Assembly (NCBI GenBank): GCA_964510585.1
Contig: CAZECW010000213.1
Coordinates: 1-6,331, forward strand
DNA: 6,331 bases
Source of the DNA: an uncultured archaeon
Lineage (GTDB): Archaea > Asgardarchaeota > Jordiarchaeia > Jordiarchaeales > Jordiarchaeaceae
Direction of reading: 5' to 3'
Position numbers and translations under genes: made by a program. Shown here one piece after another: positions 5,528-6,331 of this stretch (within the stretch, counting starts at the first letter, position 1; every line of letters starts with the position of its first letter). The notes below the pieces were generated by a model. It had not been told where the DNA came from. It made no database searches and worked only from the letters and a program-made list of their open reading frames with translations.

Positions 5528-5852
5528 ATCTTTGTATCCCTCTTTTTGAAGTTTCTGTTTCATTTCTGGTTGATAGTGGCGATTACCTTTAGCCATAAGC
5601 TTTTGTATCTTTTTGTTGTGGTTGGTGTGTTTTTTGGGCATTGCGCCGAAATTTTTATGTGGAAAGTTTTATTTTTTGCTGTTTTCTGCTTTTGGTTTGT
5701 AAGGGTTTGGAAAGTTTTCTTTTTTTGTGGTTTGTAGTTTCTATCTGGCACAAGTAGTTGTGCTATATTAATTTTGTTGGAATAATGTTCAACACATATT
5801 AAAATATATTCTATTTCTGCGTGGTGTTTTTGGAGTACGCTGAAATTCTGAT

Positions 5853-5865
5853 TGAACATTGTTCA
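5853..5865. promoter_or_regulatory. Perfect 6-1-6 palindrome, candidate operator in the divergent intergenic region
   Basis: TGAACA-T-TGTTCA, with a 10/13 related copy GGAATAATGTTCA at 5779-5791. Confidence 0.3.
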
Positions 5866-6121
5866 GAGAAAACTCAAGTATTTCCCAACCCTAAAAATAT
5901 TTGGACCCTTAAGGTCTCGATTGTTCCGATGAGCCTGCTGTCGAGGGGCGAATGGGGCTTATCCAAAATAGAACAGCCTTAAAGTGTAATTAAAGTTTGG
6001 AGGTGCAAACTTATGTTTTTGGAGTTTGGGATTGCTTCAAAAATGGGGTTTTGGATGATACCCACTCACTTCCTTGGTGTCTGCCCTCATAATCCTAGGG
6101 TGAAGAGGAGGTGTTGAAAAG

Positions 6122-6331
6122 GTGTTTTGGAGTAAAATTTTGGACTTTTTTAGGAGGCCTAGTGAGGAGGTTGCACGTGAGATTCTGAGGAATATTGGTG
6201 TTTTTGAGTTTGATGAGGGCTATGGGATTTTGAAGACTTGTTTGATTAATTTGGTTGGGAGAAAATCGAGGGAGCCTTCTTTTATTGAATTCTTTGGGAA
6301 GCTCTCCAATGAACTCTTCAAGAAGATTAGA
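6122..6331 (+). CDS. Hypothetical protein, 5' part only (runs off the window end)
   Basis: GTG 6122 has a strong RBS GAGGAGGTG at 6105-6113 and 70 open codons to the edge: MFWSKILDFFRRPSEEVAREILRNIGVFEFDEGYGILKTCLINLVGRKSREPSFIEFFGKLSNELFKKIR. No family was recognised. Confidence 0.7.
   Translation, partial: MFWSKILDFFRRPSEEVAREILRNIGVFEFDEGYGILKTCLINLVGRKSREPSFIEFFGKLSNELFKKIR

Noticed and set aside
4790-5549. Plus-strand ORFs 4790-4981, 4806-5108 and 5340-5549
   Set aside because: Antisense shadows of the DHH gene.
5528-5641. 38-codon N-terminal extension of the DHH ORF
   Set aside because: K/Q/N-rich sequence from the skewed intergenic tract; DHH motif I normally lies near the N-terminus, favouring ATG 5527.
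5495-5859. ORFs 5495-5737 (+) and 5560-5859 (-)
   Set aside because: Low-complexity F/V-rich or K/T/N-rich translations of skewed DNA with no motifs; they overlap the likely promoter region.
6013-6117. 34-codon plus-strand ORF MFLEFGIASKMGFWMIP...
   Set aside because: Short with no recognisable features despite GGAGGTG upstream; it cannot be supported, although a small leader peptide is not excluded.

Overview
AT-rich, probably archaeal window (TATA-type promoters, GGTG/GGAGG ribosome-binding sites); the taxon cannot be fixed from sequence alone. It looks like an accessory or defence island. Left to right: (1) the left end of an IS200/IS605-family element on the minus strand with an IS608-type TTAC/AAAG signature; (2) a frameshifted HepT/DUF86 HEPN RNase toxin gene whose expected MNT antitoxin is missing at the IS insertion point; (3) about 700 bp of non-coding DNA with one CRISPR-repeat-like 30-mer and a possible structured RNA; (4) four minus-strand genes: a DHH/DHHA1 phosphoesterase, a 505-aa protein made of two tandem [winged-HTH + CARF-like] units, an ArsR-type wHTH regulator and an overlapping HExxH zinc metallopeptidase; (5) the start of a divergent plus-strand gene at the right edge. 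The most interesting element is the duplicated wHTH-CARF protein and its neighbours. Together they suggest an undescribed regulatory circuit that senses a nucleotide second messenger. This is a hypothesis from motif recognition by eye; no searches were run.
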